A stretch of DNA of 64,000 bases. Origin: a bacterium (GTDB lineage Bacteria; UBA8248). The DNA lies in NCBI GenBank assembly GCA_965199855.1, contig OZ241326.1, forward strand, positions 1,472,001 to 1,536,000, in the 5' to 3' direction. This document shows, one piece after another, positions 9,833 to 20,154 of this stretch; position 1 is the first letter of the stretch, and the number at the start of each line of letters is the position of its first letter. The notes beneath the pieces are model-generated. The model saw only the letters and a list, made by a program, of their open reading frames with translations, searched no databases and had not been told where the DNA came from. Both the position numbers and the translations under genes were made by a program.

Positions 9833-11124
9833 GGCGCGGGCGCCTGCTTCCCGGCGCCGTAGAGGAGGAGGCAGGCGAGGAGGGCGACCGCCTGGAAGGC
9901 GATGACGATGCTGAAGGGCAGGAGATAGCTGCCCGTCCAGTCGAACATGAAGCCCGCCATCGGGGGGCCGATGAAGCCCCCGAGGCCGAAGAAGATTTCC
10001 AGCAGTCCCATGATGACGGCGAGCGAGCGGGCGCCGTAGGCGTCCGCGCACATCGCCGCGTGGCACGTGGACATGCCGCCGACGCCGAAGCCGTATATGG
10101 CGGCGAACGCGAAGGCGAGGACGGCGCTTTCGCCCGCGTGGGGAACGAGGAGCAGGACGCCGACGCCGACGCCCGACAGAAGAACCGAGACGGCCTGGGC
10201 GCGCTTTCGCCCCATGCGGTCGCTCGCCCAGCCCATGCCCACGCTGCCGAGAATCCGGATGGCGCCCGTGAGGCCGAAGATGAAGGCGCCGAACGCGGTG
10301 CTGAATTTCGCGTCCACGAAGAAGAGCTGCAGCTGGCTCCAGATGGAGTTGTTGTTGAGGCCGATGACGAAGACGATGATCACCAGCGCCCAGAAGTTCC
10401 TCTCCGCCCGCACCCGCCGGAACACCTCCCCCACGCTCTGGGGGCGGGAGGCGCGCGGCCCGGCGGCTTCCGGCGCAGGCGCGCCGTCCACGCTCTGGCC
10501 GACGTCGGCGGGATGGTTTCTGAGCAGGAGGATTTTGAGCGGCAGGATGACGAGCAGTATCGAGCCGCCGAGGATGAGGTAGGCGGCGCGCCAGCCGAAG
10601 AGGGCGATGAGCCTCTCGACGGCGGGCATCAGGATGAACGAGCCGATGCCGATGCCCGCGATGGCGACCCCCGTCGCCAGCCCCCGGTTCTTCAGGAACC
10701 ATCGGGGCATGAGCGCGCTGTGCGTCACGAAGCCGCTTATCGTGAGACCGATTCCGGGCAGGACGCCCATGAAAAGATACACGTGCCAGAGAGAGGAGGC
10801 GAAGGAGCCGAGAGCCAGCCCCCCGCCGATGAAGACCGAACCCCAGGGGAGGAGCGCCCGCGGGCCTTTTTTCTCCAGCATGGCGCCCGCCTTCGGGCTG
10901 CAGACGGCGTAGAGTCCCATGCTCAGGGCGAACGCGCCGCTCAGGGCGCCCCGGCTCCAGCCGAATTCCTCGATGAGCGGAACCTGGAAGAGGGCGAACG
11001 AGAAGCTGGCCGACATGTGGAACGCCATGGTGGTGAACGAGAGGCCGACGATCACCCATCCATAGTAGAAGCCGCTCCTGGGTCGGGATTTGACGGGGCG
11101 GGCGGAGCCGGAGGAGTCGCTCAA
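9829..11124 (-). CDS. MFS transporter (OFA/MCT-like), paralogue A
   Basis: FYYGW, GWASDRMGRK, FDWTGSY. Start uncertain (TTG 11124 or 11175). Confidence 0.9.
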   Translation of the reverse strand: MSDSSGSARPVKSRPRSGFYYGWVIVGLSFTTMAFHMSASFSFALFQVPLIEEFGWSRGALSGAFALSMGLYAVCSPKAGAMLEKKGPRALLPWGSVFIGGGLALGSFASSLWHVYLFMGVLPGIGLTISGFVTHSALMPRWFLKNRGLATGVAIAGIGIGSFILMPAVERLIALFGWRAAYLILGGSILLVILPLKILLLRNHPADVGQSVDGAPAPEAAGPRASRPQSVGEVFRRVRAERNFWALVIIVFVIGLNNNSIWSQLQLFFVDAKFSTAFGAFIFGLTGAIRILGSVGMGWASDRMGRKRAQAVSVLLSGVGVGVLLLVPHAGESAVLAFAFAAIYGFGVGGMSTCHAAMCADAYGARSLAVIMGLLEIFFGLGGFIGPPMAGFMFDWTGSYLLPFSIVIAFQAVALLACLLLYGAGKQAPAP

Positions 11125-11222
11125 GAATTCGCCTTTCCCTTCTTTTTTTCTCAGGCGCGGGTATAATGGGGCCACTCTAATGGGTTTTCGTTCGTTCAGG
11201 AAGCGCCGCGGGGATTCTTGAG

Positions 11223-12668
11223 GTGGACGCCGCCGGGTTCATTCAGCAGCTGACGGACGTGGTGGGGGAGGAATTCATCCACACCGATCCGGTCGCGCGC
11301 CGGACGTATGACTGCGACGGCCTCACGATTTACAAGGGCGCGCCCTCGGCCGTCGTCCTTCCCGACAGCGCCGAGGAGGTGCGCCGGATCGTCGAGATCT
11401 GCCGGGAGCATCAGGTCCCGCTCATCGCCAGGGGGGCGGGCACGGGCCTCTCCGGGGGCGCGACGCCCAAGCCGGGCGGCGCGCTCATCGTCTTCACGCG
11501 GATGAGCAGGATTCTGGAGATCGACTATGAAAACCGCCTCGCCCGGGTGCAGCCCGGCGTCGTCAACCTCGACCTCTCACGGGAGACCCTGCCGCGCGGC
11601 TTTCACTACGCGCCCGACCCCTCGAGCCAGGCGGCCTGCACCATCGGCGGCAACGCGGCGGAAAACTCGGGCGGAGCGCACTGCCTCAAATACGGGATGA
11701 CGACGAACCACGTCATGGAGATGAGCGTCGTCCTCCCCACGGGCGAGGTCGCGCGCCTGGGCGCGGACGGGGAGGAGGCGCCGGGCTACGACCTGCGCGG
11801 CTTCTTCATCGGCTCGGAGGGCACCTTGGCCGTCACCACGGAGATCACCGTGAGGCTCACCCCGAACCCGGAGAGCGCGCGCACCATGCTCGCGTGCTTC
11901 TCGAAGATGGGGGATGCGTGCCGCACGGTGAGCGACGTCATCGCTGCGGGCGCCGTGCCCGCCGCGATGGAACTCATGGATCGCTGGACGATAGAGGCCA
12001 TCGAGGCGGTGGTGCGGGCGGGCTATCCCCGGGACGCCGAGGCCGTCCTGCTCATTGAACTCGACGGCCTGCCGTCCTCGATTCGTCCGCTCGAGACCCT
12101 GGTTCGGGAGATCAGCGAGAGGAACGGCTGCTCCTCCTTCCGGGTGGCGCAGACCGAGGAGGAGCGCGAGGGCCTCTGGATGGGCCGGAAGAAGGCGTTC
12201 GGCGCCTTCGGGGTGATCGCGCCCGCCTATTACTGCCTGGATGGAACGGTTCCCCGCTCGAAGCTGGCGCAGGCGCTCGAGGAATTCGACGAAATCGCCT
12301 CGCGCTACGGCCTGCGCATCACCAACGTGTTTCACGCCGGCGACGGGAGCCTGCACCCCAACGTGCTGTTCGACGATCAGGTTCCCGGAGAGACGGAGCG
12401 GGCGATAGAGTGCGGGGCGGAGGTGCTCCGCGCCTGCATCCGGGCGGGGGGCGTGCTGTCGGGCGAGCATGGAATCGGCATCGAGAAAATTCGGGAGATG
12501 AAGGATCAGTTCGACGAGGCCACGCTCGGAATCATGGAGCGCGTGAGAGACGCCATCGACGCGGACGGCCTGATGAACCCCGGCAAGCTGATACCCGACG
12601 AGGAGAACGTGTTTCCGGTCGCCCTCGGCGGCGCCGTCGCCCGCATGGGCGGGGGGATGACGAAATAG
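11223..12668 (+). CDS. glcD: Glycolate oxidase FAD-linked subunit GlcD
   Basis: RGAGTGLSGG, YAPDPSS, CTIGGN, HAGDGSLHP, GEHGIG; TATAAT at 11162-11167 upstream. Confidence 0.9.
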   Translation: MDAAGFIQQLTDVVGEEFIHTDPVARRTYDCDGLTIYKGAPSAVVLPDSAEEVRRIVEICREHQVPLIARGAGTGLSGGATPKPGGALIVFTRMSRILEIDYENRLARVQPGVVNLDLSRETLPRGFHYAPDPSSQAACTIGGNAAENSGGAHCLKYGMTTNHVMEMSVVLPTGEVARLGADGEEAPGYDLRGFFIGSEGTLAVTTEITVRLTPNPESARTMLACFSKMGDACRTVSDVIAAGAVPAAMELMDRWTIEAIEAVVRAGYPRDAEAVLLIELDGLPSSIRPLETLVREISERNGCSSFRVAQTEEEREGLWMGRKKAFGAFGVIAPAYYCLDGTVPRSKLAQALEEFDEIASRYGLRITNVFHAGDGSLHPNVLFDDQVPGETERAIECGAEVLRACIRAGGVLSGEHGIGIEKIREMKDQFDEATLGIMERVRDAIDADGLMNPGKLIPDEENVFPVALGGAVARMGGGMTK

Positions 12669-12670
12669 CC

Positions 12671-14047
12671 ATGGCCGCCCTGGCGCTCGATTCGTTCGCC
12701 CGCTCCCTGGAAGCGGACGCGGGCGACGCCGCCCTTTTGTCGGACGCGGGCGCGGAGTCGTTCGCGCTGGGGGGCAGGACGCCCTCGGTCGTGGCGCGTC
12801 CCGCCGAACGGGAGACCCTCCGCCGCGTTCTCGCGCGCGCGAACGAGGCGGACCTCGCCGTGTTCCCCTGGGGCGGCGGCACAGGCAGGCGCGCGGGGTA
12901 TGCGCCCGGGCGCTACGACGTGGCGCTCTCCCTGGAGCGCATGTCGAAGCCGGTGGATTTTCTCGAGGACGACCTCACCGCCGTCGTGGAGGCGGGGATG
13001 AGCGTCGAGGCCCTCGAGGGGCTCACGCGCCCCGAGGGGCAGACGGCGGGTCTCGACCCCCCGCATCCTGGAGTCTCCACGGTGGGGGGCGCCATTGTCG
13101 CGGAGCGCTCGGGCCCCATGCGGGTGCGCTGGGGACGCGCGCGCGACCGCGTCATGCGGATGCGGGTGGCGCTGGCCGACGGCGCCGCGCACACCTACGG
13201 CGCGCTGGTGGTGAAGAACGTCACCGGCTACGACATGAACCGGCTTCTCGCCGGAAGCTGGGGGACGCTGGCCGTCGTCACCGAGCTGGCGATCCGCCTC
13301 TACAAGGCGCCCGAGCGCGTCGGGGCGAGGGCCGCGGGCTTTCCCTCCGAGAGCGCCGCGTTCAGGGCCGCGAGGGCGCTCATGGCCTCGCCGCTCGCCC
13401 CCGTCTGGGTGGAGGCGGTGAACGAGGAGCGCGCCGCCGCGCTGGCCGCGGACGCAGGCGTCGCCTTGCCCGGCCCGGTGAGTCTGGCGGCCTCCTTCGG
13501 CGATTTCGAGGAAGGACTGCGGGAGCAACTGGCGAGGTTCGAGGAAATTCTGGCGCGCGAGGGCGGAGGCGAGATTTCGCGCCTCGGGGAGGAGGAGGCC
13601 GCGCGCCTGGGCCGCGCCCTGGCGGATCCGCCGGGGGGGGATTTCTCGGGCGCGGAGTCGCTCGCCCTGCGGGCTTCCGGCCGCCTCGATCAGCTGCCCC
13701 GCTTCGCCGAGGCGGCGCGGCTCGCCGCCGGGGCGGGAAAATACGCCTGCGCCGTCTCGGCGCACGCGGGAAGCGGCGTGCTGAGGTGCTGGCTCGCGCC
13801 CGAGGACGCGGAATCCTCTCCGCTGGAGGCGTGGCGCGCCTTCTCCTCGCATTGCAGGCGGGGGGCGGGCGCGGCGCGCTCGGTTCACCTGCGCATGGAC
13901 GCCGGGCCGGATTCGGCGCGCGGCGCGATAGCCGTATGGGGGGAGGACGCGCTCGATCCGGCGGCGCTTCGCGTGATGCGGAGCATCAAGCGGGAATATG
14001 ACCCGAAGGGAACCTTGAGTCCCGGCCGGTTCATGGATCGGATGTAG
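12671..14047 (+). CDS. glcE: Glycolate oxidase FAD-binding subunit GlcE
   Basis: VVKNVTGYDMNRL, GSWGTL, AHAGSG, YDPKGTLSPGR; located between glcD and glcF. Confidence 0.85.
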   Translation: MAALALDSFARSLEADAGDAALLSDAGAESFALGGRTPSVVARPAERETLRRVLARANEADLAVFPWGGGTGRRAGYAPGRYDVALSLERMSKPVDFLEDDLTAVVEAGMSVEALEGLTRPEGQTAGLDPPHPGVSTVGGAIVAERSGPMRVRWGRARDRVMRMRVALADGAAHTYGALVVKNVTGYDMNRLLAGSWGTLAVVTELAIRLYKAPERVGARAAGFPSESAAFRAARALMASPLAPVWVEAVNEERAAALAADAGVALPGPVSLAASFGDFEEGLREQLARFEEILAREGGGEISRLGEEEAARLGRALADPPGGDFSGAESLALRASGRLDQLPRFAEAARLAAGAGKYACAVSAHAGSGVLRCWLAPEDAESSPLEAWRAFSSHCRRGAGAARSVHLRMDAGPDSARGAIAVWGEDALDPAALRVMRSIKREYDPKGTLSPGRFMDRM

Positions 14048-14061
14048 AAGGGGAGAGCCAG

Positions 14062-15417
14062 GTGGCGGCGGATCAGAAGGCGGGCCTCGCGCGGGCTTTG
14101 CCCGAATACGAAAACCCCTTCGTCGGCCCGGACGCGCCCGACCGGCGGATGATTCAGCGGTGCGTTCACTGCGGATTCTGCGCGACGACCTGCCCGACCT
14201 TCGCCCTGCTCGGCAGCGAGATGGATTCCCCCCGGGGGAGAATCTACCTCATGCGCATGGTGGCCGACGGCGAGATGGCGCCGAACGAGACGGTGATGAA
14301 GCACCTGGATCGCTGTCTGGACTGCCGCGCCTGCGAGACGTCCTGCCCTTCGGGCGTGCCCTACGGCTCCCTGATCGAGGCGGCGCGCGAGGGGCTGGAG
14401 AAAGTCCGGAAGCGCCCCTTGGCCTCGAGGATGCTGAGGAGGTTTCTCTTCCGCTGGCTTCTGCCCAGCCGGGCGCTTCTCAACCTGGCGGGCGCGGCGG
14501 CGCGATTGTATCAGACCACGGTTTTGAGAAGCCTGGTGAGGCGCATGGGGCTTCTGCCCAAAAAACTGGCCGCTCTCGAACCCATGATGCCCGAGGCCCC
14601 GCCCCTCTCGTCGATGCGGGCGCTTCCCCGGGAAGTCGCGCCCATCGGGGAGGAGAAGGCCCGCGTCGCCTTCTTCGGGGGGTGCGTTCAATCCACCCTG
14701 TTCGGCGACGTGAACCGCGCCGCCGCGCGCGCGCTGGCGGCGAACGGGGCGCGGGTCGTTTTTCCCGCCGCGCAGACCTGCTGCGGCGCGCTGCAGGCCC
14801 ACGCCGGAGACCGGGAGGCGGCGAGAATCCTCGCGCGCGAGAATCTGGACGCCATCGACGCCGGCGAGTTCGACGCGGTCGTCCTGGCCGTCTCCGGCTG
14901 CGGCGCCATGCTCCATGAATATCAGGACCTGCTGGCGGACGATCCGCGCTATGCGGGCCGCGCGAAGGAGTTTAGCGAAAAAGCGGTGGACGTCACCGTG
15001 TTTCTCTCGCGAATCGGGGTGAGGGAGGCGTCGCATCCGGAGCCCCGCAGAATCGCGTATCATCATCCGTGCCACCTGTTTCACGCCCTCAAGGTGCGCC
15101 GGGAGCCGCTCGACGTGCTCGCCGCGATTCGCAACGTCGAGACGACGCCTCTCAAGGAGAGCGACTGGTGTTGCGGCTCCGCCGGCAGCTACAGCCTCAC
15201 GCAGACGGAGATTTCCATGCGCCTGCTCGACAGAAAAATGGGCCACGTGCGGGATTCGGGGGCGTCCACGGTCTGCACGGGCAACCCCGGCTGCCAGATT
15301 CAGATCGCCTACGGCGCCCGCGAGCTGGGGATGGACCTGCGGGTGGCGCATCCCGTCGTCCTGCTCGACGAGGCGTATCGGGCGGAAGGCGCGTATCAAG
15401 GCGCCGATCTCCCGTGA
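14062..15417 (+). CDS. glcF: Glycolate oxidase Fe-S subunit GlcF
   Basis: CVHCGFCATTCP, CLDCRACETSCP, two CCG domains, GNPGC. Confidence 0.92.
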   Translation: MAADQKAGLARALPEYENPFVGPDAPDRRMIQRCVHCGFCATTCPTFALLGSEMDSPRGRIYLMRMVADGEMAPNETVMKHLDRCLDCRACETSCPSGVPYGSLIEAAREGLEKVRKRPLASRMLRRFLFRWLLPSRALLNLAGAAARLYQTTVLRSLVRRMGLLPKKLAALEPMMPEAPPLSSMRALPREVAPIGEEKARVAFFGGCVQSTLFGDVNRAAARALAANGARVVFPAAQTCCGALQAHAGDREAARILARENLDAIDAGEFDAVVLAVSGCGAMLHEYQDLLADDPRYAGRAKEFSEKAVDVTVFLSRIGVREASHPEPRRIAYHHPCHLFHALKVRREPLDVLAAIRNVETTPLKESDWCCGSAGSYSLTQTEISMRLLDRKMGHVRDSGASTVCTGNPGCQIQIAYGARELGMDLRVAHPVVLLDEAYRAEGAYQGADLP

Positions 15418-15442
15418 CCCGCAAGCCCCTGAGAGGCGCCTG

Positions 15443-16387
15443 ATGACGCCCCGACGCGCTTCCCGGGCCGTTTCCCCCGCCGTCGTTCGCTTCGCCGAGA
15501 TTCCCCCCGACTGGGAGCCGTCGCCCGACGCCCGCGAGGAGGGGCATCACCGCGCCGTGTATCGCTACATCGGCGGGCCGCGGGACAAGGCGCCGGGGGC
15601 GGCGCTCCCCGGCTGGGAGTTCGCCAACGGGGTGGTGATGGCGCCTCCCGGAAACGGCGCGCCGCTGCACGCGCACGGCTTCGAGGAGGTGTTCATGGCG
15701 TGGGAGGGCGCGTTCGAGGTGTTCTGGGAGAACGCGCGCGACGGGGAGGTCAAAGCCGTCCGGCTCGCGCGCTACGACGCCATCCGGGTGCCGGCGGGCG
15801 TCATGCGGGGCTACAGGAACTGCGGGAAGGCGGACGGGTTCCTCTACTACATCCACGGACGCGGCGCGCATGAGGCGCCCCTCTTTCGCGGAGAAGCGGC
15901 GGAGGGCGGGAGCGCTCCCTTCGTCGATCCACTCACGCAGGTGGTTCGCTACGATGAGTGCCCCATGAATTTTCAGGTCTATCACGAAGCCTCGCTGCCC
16001 GAGGGCGTCCGGGGGATTCGCCGCTACATGGGCCGCGTGGGCGGCGAACTCGAAGGCGCGGGCCCGCCCCCGTCCCTGCCCGAGGGGGAGGTTTCGTTCG
16101 TCATCAACGAGAACCGGCCGGGTTCGGGCGCGCCCCTGCACGATCATCCCGACCTGGAGGAGGCGTTCATCCCCCTGGAGGAGAGGTGGACGGTGTTCTG
16201 GCTCGACGCGGGGGGAGAGGCGCATCAGGCGGCGCTGGAGCCCTGGGACATGTGCTGGACGCCGTCGGGCGCGCAGCGGGGGTTTTGGAATTCGGGCCGG
16301 GGGTGGGGCAAGCTCCACGTCGTCCAGGGACGGGGAGGCGCGCTGCCGCCCGCCTATCACCGGGATTATTCCCGCCTGAGGGCATGA
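15443..16387 (+). CDS. Bicupin protein (putative dioxygenase/isomerase)
   Basis: Two internal repeats, GAPLHAH..EEVF and GAPLHDH...EEAF. Confidence 0.75.
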   Translation: MTPRRASRAVSPAVVRFAEIPPDWEPSPDAREEGHHRAVYRYIGGPRDKAPGAALPGWEFANGVVMAPPGNGAPLHAHGFEEVFMAWEGAFEVFWENARDGEVKAVRLARYDAIRVPAGVMRGYRNCGKADGFLYYIHGRGAHEAPLFRGEAAEGGSAPFVDPLTQVVRYDECPMNFQVYHEASLPEGVRGIRRYMGRVGGELEGAGPPPSLPEGEVSFVINENRPGSGAPLHDHPDLEEAFIPLEERWTVFWLDAGGEAHQAALEPWDMCWTPSGAQRGFWNSGRGWGKLHVVQGRGGALPPAYHRDYSRLRA

Positions 16388-16399
16388 GGACGCGCGCGC

Positions 16400-17413
16400 A
16401 TGGAAGCGCTGTCGAGGAAGGGCGCCGCCCCGAAAGGGCTGGAGCGAATCGACCACTACATTGATTCGGTCGACGAGGGCATCCGCCTGCACGTGAGGGA
16501 GAAGCGGCCCGGGGGCAAGAAAAAATTCGAGGACGCCGCCACGCTCCTCATCGTGCACGGGCGCATGGCGCCCGGCCCCGCCGCCTACGACCTGCCCGTT
16601 CCCGGCTATTCGTGGATGGACTACGTCGCCTCGCGCGGGTTCGACGTCTTCGCGCTCTCGGTTCGGGGATTTGGCGAATCCACCTGGCCGCCGGAGATGC
16701 TCGGGAGTCCCAAAGGCCGGCCTCCCGCCATACCGGGCAGGGTGGCCGTGAGAGACATCGGAGCGGCGGTGGACTTCATCTGCGAGCGGCGGGGCGTGAA
16801 CGGGCTCGCCATTCTGGGGCGATCCTGGGGAACGACGACGGCGCCGGCCTACGCGGCGGACAACATGGCGCGCGTCCACAGGCTCGCGCTCTACGCGCCC
16901 TATTACGCCTATGACAATCCCGCGCGGGCCAGGCAGCTGGAAGACCCCCGAAGGCCCGGGGAATTCGACGCCGGGCGAGGCGCCTGGTCCTGGTGCGCGG
17001 AGCGGGACGTTCACGAGCGATGGTGGGGCCACATACCGGGGGAGGCGCACCACGAATGGCGCGAGCCCAGGGTGCTGAGGGCGTATTTCCGCGAGCTCCT
17101 GCGCCACGACCCGCGGGGCGCCGGGCGCAGGACGCCCGCGTTTCGACTGGCGAACGGCTCCCTGCGGGACTTATACGATCGGGCGAGAAACGTTCCCCTC
17201 TACGACGCGGGCGAAATCACGTGTCCCGTCCTCCTCATCCGGGGCGAGCTGGACGGCGCCTCGGACGACCCCGAAGTCTGGGGGCTGTATCGCGCGCTTC
17301 GCAACAGCCGGGGCAGGCGCTACGTCATCATCAGCGACGGCACGCACTTCATGGAGCTGGAAAAGCGCAGGAGGGAGCTGCTGAGCGAGGTGCAGCTGTT
17401 CCTGGAGGGATGA
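16400..17413 (+). CDS. Alpha/beta-fold hydrolase
   Basis: VHG, RGFGES, GRSWG nucleophile elbow, GTHF. Confidence 0.88.
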   Translation: MEALSRKGAAPKGLERIDHYIDSVDEGIRLHVREKRPGGKKKFEDAATLLIVHGRMAPGPAAYDLPVPGYSWMDYVASRGFDVFALSVRGFGESTWPPEMLGSPKGRPPAIPGRVAVRDIGAAVDFICERRGVNGLAILGRSWGTTTAPAYAADNMARVHRLALYAPYYAYDNPARARQLEDPRRPGEFDAGRGAWSWCAERDVHERWWGHIPGEAHHEWREPRVLRAYFRELLRHDPRGAGRRTPAFRLANGSLRDLYDRARNVPLYDAGEITCPVLLIRGELDGASDDPEVWGLYRALRNSRGRRYVIISDGTHFMELEKRRRELLSEVQLFLEG

Positions 17414-17430
17414 GCGCGCAGCCCCGGCGC

Positions 17431-17459
17431 TTGCGCCCGCAGAGGCGAGCGGCTAGATT
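17431..17459 (+). promoter_or_regulatory. sigma70-type promoter for cupin gene
   Basis: TTGCGC, 17 nt, TAGATT. Confidence 0.45.
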
Positions 17460-17522
17460 GGGCGGCCTTCGGGAGAGCGAGGAGCTTCCGTCCCATATCG
17501 TCCGCAGCCGAAAGGAGTTCTC

Positions 17523-17975
17523 ATGTCCGTTCTATCCGCGCCCACGAAGCAGCGCTGGTGTCTGATCGATTCCACGGCCATCGGCGTGGACAAGAAATAC
17601 GAGCCGCCCCTCATCATCGCGTGGGGCGTGGACAGCAGCTCGACAGGCACGCGGACCATCACGATGGGACGCACCATCATTCCGCCCAAGGGCCGCAACC
17701 AGAGGCACTACCACGTGTGCGACGCCACGTTCTACATCGTGAAAGGCCCGATCATCGTATGGATGGGGGAGGACAAGGAGGAGCATACGGTGCCCTCGGG
17801 CACGTTCGTCTATTGCGCCGCGGGCGAGATTCACGGCCTCTACAACCCGAGCGAAACGGAGGACGCGGAGCTCGTCTTCACCTACGGGAATTGTCCGAAC
17901 CGCGACGCCGCGAGAACCATCTACGTGGAAGAGGAATGGATGGAGGAGGACGCGAGAGACAGGATTCCCGGCTGA
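17523..17975 (+). CDS. Cupin domain protein
   Basis: RHYH...FYIVKG...GEIHG; SD AAAGGAG. Confidence 0.85.
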   Translation: MSVLSAPTKQRWCLIDSTAIGVDKKYEPPLIIAWGVDSSSTGTRTITMGRTIIPPKGRNQRHYHVCDATFYIVKGPIIVWMGEDKEEHTVPSGTFVYCAAGEIHGLYNPSETEDAELVFTYGNCPNRDAARTIYVEEEWMEEDARDRIPG

Positions 17976-18035
17976 ATTCCGCGCGTCGAAAAGCAAAGGG
18001 CCGGCCGCGGCGGCCGGCCCGGGACGGGCCGCTCC

Positions 18036-18572
18036 TCAGTTCAGGAGCGAGACCAGCCCCAGGTAGCTCTCTTTGAGGCCCTTCGCCTCGGGCGCGCGGC
18101 GGAGCGCCTGGTAAATCTCTCCCTTCGCCTTGCCGTGCTCTCCCTTTTGAAGGTAGATGCGCCCCAGGTTCATGTAGGGGAAGTGGCGGGGCTCGTATCT
18201 CGGCGCGGACTTGGCCTTCTCGAGCCATTCGGCCGCCTCGTCGAGCTCGCCCAGCTGCATGAGATAGCAGCCGATGTCGTTGTAGGGATTGCCGAATTCC
18301 GCATCCACCTCGATGGCCATGCGGCACTCCTCGATGGCTTCCTCCAGGCGGCCCTGCTTGCTGTACATCCAGCCCAGATAGGTGTGCGCGTCCGCGGTGG
18401 GGTGGTAGGCGATGGAGTCCCGATACAGCGCGATGGCCTTCTCCAGGTCTCCGCGCGCGTGGGCGAGACCGCCCTTGCTCAGGAGATCGAGGGCGCGCTT
18501 GAGGTCGGGGTTCACCCGCGCCTCGTCCCCGTATTTCTCATCGAAGCTCGCGCCTTCGGATTCATTCGTCAT
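18036..18572 (-). CDS. Tetratricopeptide repeat protein
   Basis: TPR repeats (AHTYLGW, PYNDIGCY, PYMNLGRIY). Confidence 0.85.
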   Translation of the reverse strand: MTNESEGASFDEKYGDEARVNPDLKRALDLLSKGGLAHARGDLEKAIALYRDSIAYHPTADAHTYLGWMYSKQGRLEEAIEECRMAIEVDAEFGNPYNDIGCYLMQLGELDEAAEWLEKAKSAPRYEPRHFPYMNLGRIYLQKGEHGKAKGEIYQALRRAPEAKGLKESYLGLVSLLN

Positions 18573-18758
18573 CGGGCTCCGGCCTCCCGCAATCGAACAT
18601 GAGCGGCGCTGAAATTATGCCATTCCCGGGCGCGCGCCTGTCAAGGCCGGCCCGCCGCCGCGCGCTGGCGCGGGAGAGGCCGGATATGAAAGAATGCGCG
18701 AGGCCCGCTCCGCCGGCTCCCGGCGCGCCTCGCGAGCCTCAGAGAGAATGAGGGGAAA

Positions 18759-20123
18759 ATGAACGGCCCTACGCGCGAACTCGCCCGGTTCATCAGCGAA
18801 GTTTCCTATGCCGATTTGCCGGAGAGCCTGCGCGCCTGCCTGCGGAAATACTTTCTGGACGCTCTCGGCTGCGGCCTGTACGGCTCCACCACGGAATCGG
18901 GAAAAATACTCTCGCAATTCGTTCGAGAGCAGGGCGGAAGCGCGGAGGCCGCCCTCTGGAGGAGCGGCTGGCGGGGGCCGGCGGAGCAGGTCGCGCTCTG
19001 CCTGGGCGTCTGGATGCACGCCTTCGAGCTGGATGACTACCACGGCGGGGCCAAGCTCCACCCGGGCGCGGTGGTGTTCGCCGCCGCGTATCCGCTCGCG
19101 GAGAAGAGGGGAGCGGGGGGAGAGGACTTCATGGCCGCCTGCGCCGCGGGCTATGAGGCGATGATCCGGGCGAGCGTCGCCGCCGGTTCGCTCGAGGTCC
19201 GCAGACGGGGATTTCATCTGACGGGGCTGTGCGGCCCCTTCGGCGCGGCGGCGGCCGCCGCGCGCCTGATGGAATTGTCCCCGGAGCAGACGGCCGACGC
19301 CATGGGGCTGGCGGGAACCCAGGGGGCGGGCACGTGGGCCTTTCAGTGCGACGGCTCGGAGGCGAAGCGCTTTCACGCGGGCCGCGCGGCCCAGAGCGGC
19401 CTCATGGCCGCCTCCCTCGCCGCGCGCGGCTACACAGGCCCCCGGGAAATTTTCGAGTATGAGGACGGGGGCTTCCTCCGGGCGTTCAGCGGCTGCGGGG
19501 AGCCGGCGGCGCTGACGAAGGATCTGGGCGCGCGCTGGGAGGCCGAGGCGGTCTCCTTCAAGCCCTACTGCTGCTGCGGAAGCGCGCACTCGACCATCGA
19601 CGCCGTTCTCGCCCTGCGCGCCGAGCACGGCCTCGCGCCGGAGGACGTGCGCGAGATCGAGATCATGAACCACAGCGTGGTGAAGCGGCAGTGCTCCTGG
19701 CGCTACGAGCCCGTGAGTCCGCTGCGCGCGCAGATGAACATCGAGTATTGCGCGGCGGTCGCGCTCGCCGACGGGGAGGCGGGCCCCGGGCAGTTCGCCC
19801 CCGGGCGCATCGCCGACCCGCGGCTGGTGGCGCTCGCCCGTCGGACGCGATTCACGGTCGATCCTGAAATCGAACGGCTCTACCCCGGGACTTTTCCCGC
19901 CAAGGTGGCGATTCGCACCCATGACGGCCGCGAGCTCAGGAGCCGCGTCGCGGGCCCCAGGGGCTCGCCCCAGAACCCGATGGATTTCGACATGGTGGAG
20001 GAGAAGTTCAGGCGGATCGCCGGCGGCGTCATTCCGCCCGATTCCCTGGACGCGCTGGCCGCGGCCGCGCGGGAGCTGGACGGGCTGGAGAGGCTGGGCG
20101 ACCTGGCGGCGCACCTCGCCTGA
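18759..20123 (+). CDS. MmgE/PrpD family protein (paralogue 1)
   Basis: HAFELDDYH, HPG, RGFH, KRFHAG, KPYCCC, PRGSPQNP. Confidence 0.92.
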   Translation: MNGPTRELARFISEVSYADLPESLRACLRKYFLDALGCGLYGSTTESGKILSQFVREQGGSAEAALWRSGWRGPAEQVALCLGVWMHAFELDDYHGGAKLHPGAVVFAAAYPLAEKRGAGGEDFMAACAAGYEAMIRASVAAGSLEVRRRGFHLTGLCGPFGAAAAAARLMELSPEQTADAMGLAGTQGAGTWAFQCDGSEAKRFHAGRAAQSGLMAASLAARGYTGPREIFEYEDGGFLRAFSGCGEPAALTKDLGARWEAEAVSFKPYCCCGSAHSTIDAVLALRAEHGLAPEDVREIEIMNHSVVKRQCSWRYEPVSPLRAQMNIEYCAAVALADGEAGPGQFAPGRIADPRLVALARRTRFTVDPEIERLYPGTFPAKVAIRTHDGRELRSRVAGPRGSPQNPMDFDMVEEKFRRIAGGVIPPDSLDALAAAARELDGLERLGDLAAHLA

Positions 20124-20154
20124 CGGCGGGCGGCATTCGGGAGGGGAGACGCGA

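Noticed and set aside
8555-11059. 834-aa ORF suggesting a fused double MFS
   Set aside because: The first ~408 aa are an alternative frame of the upstream MFS; these are two separate genes overlapping by 4 nt
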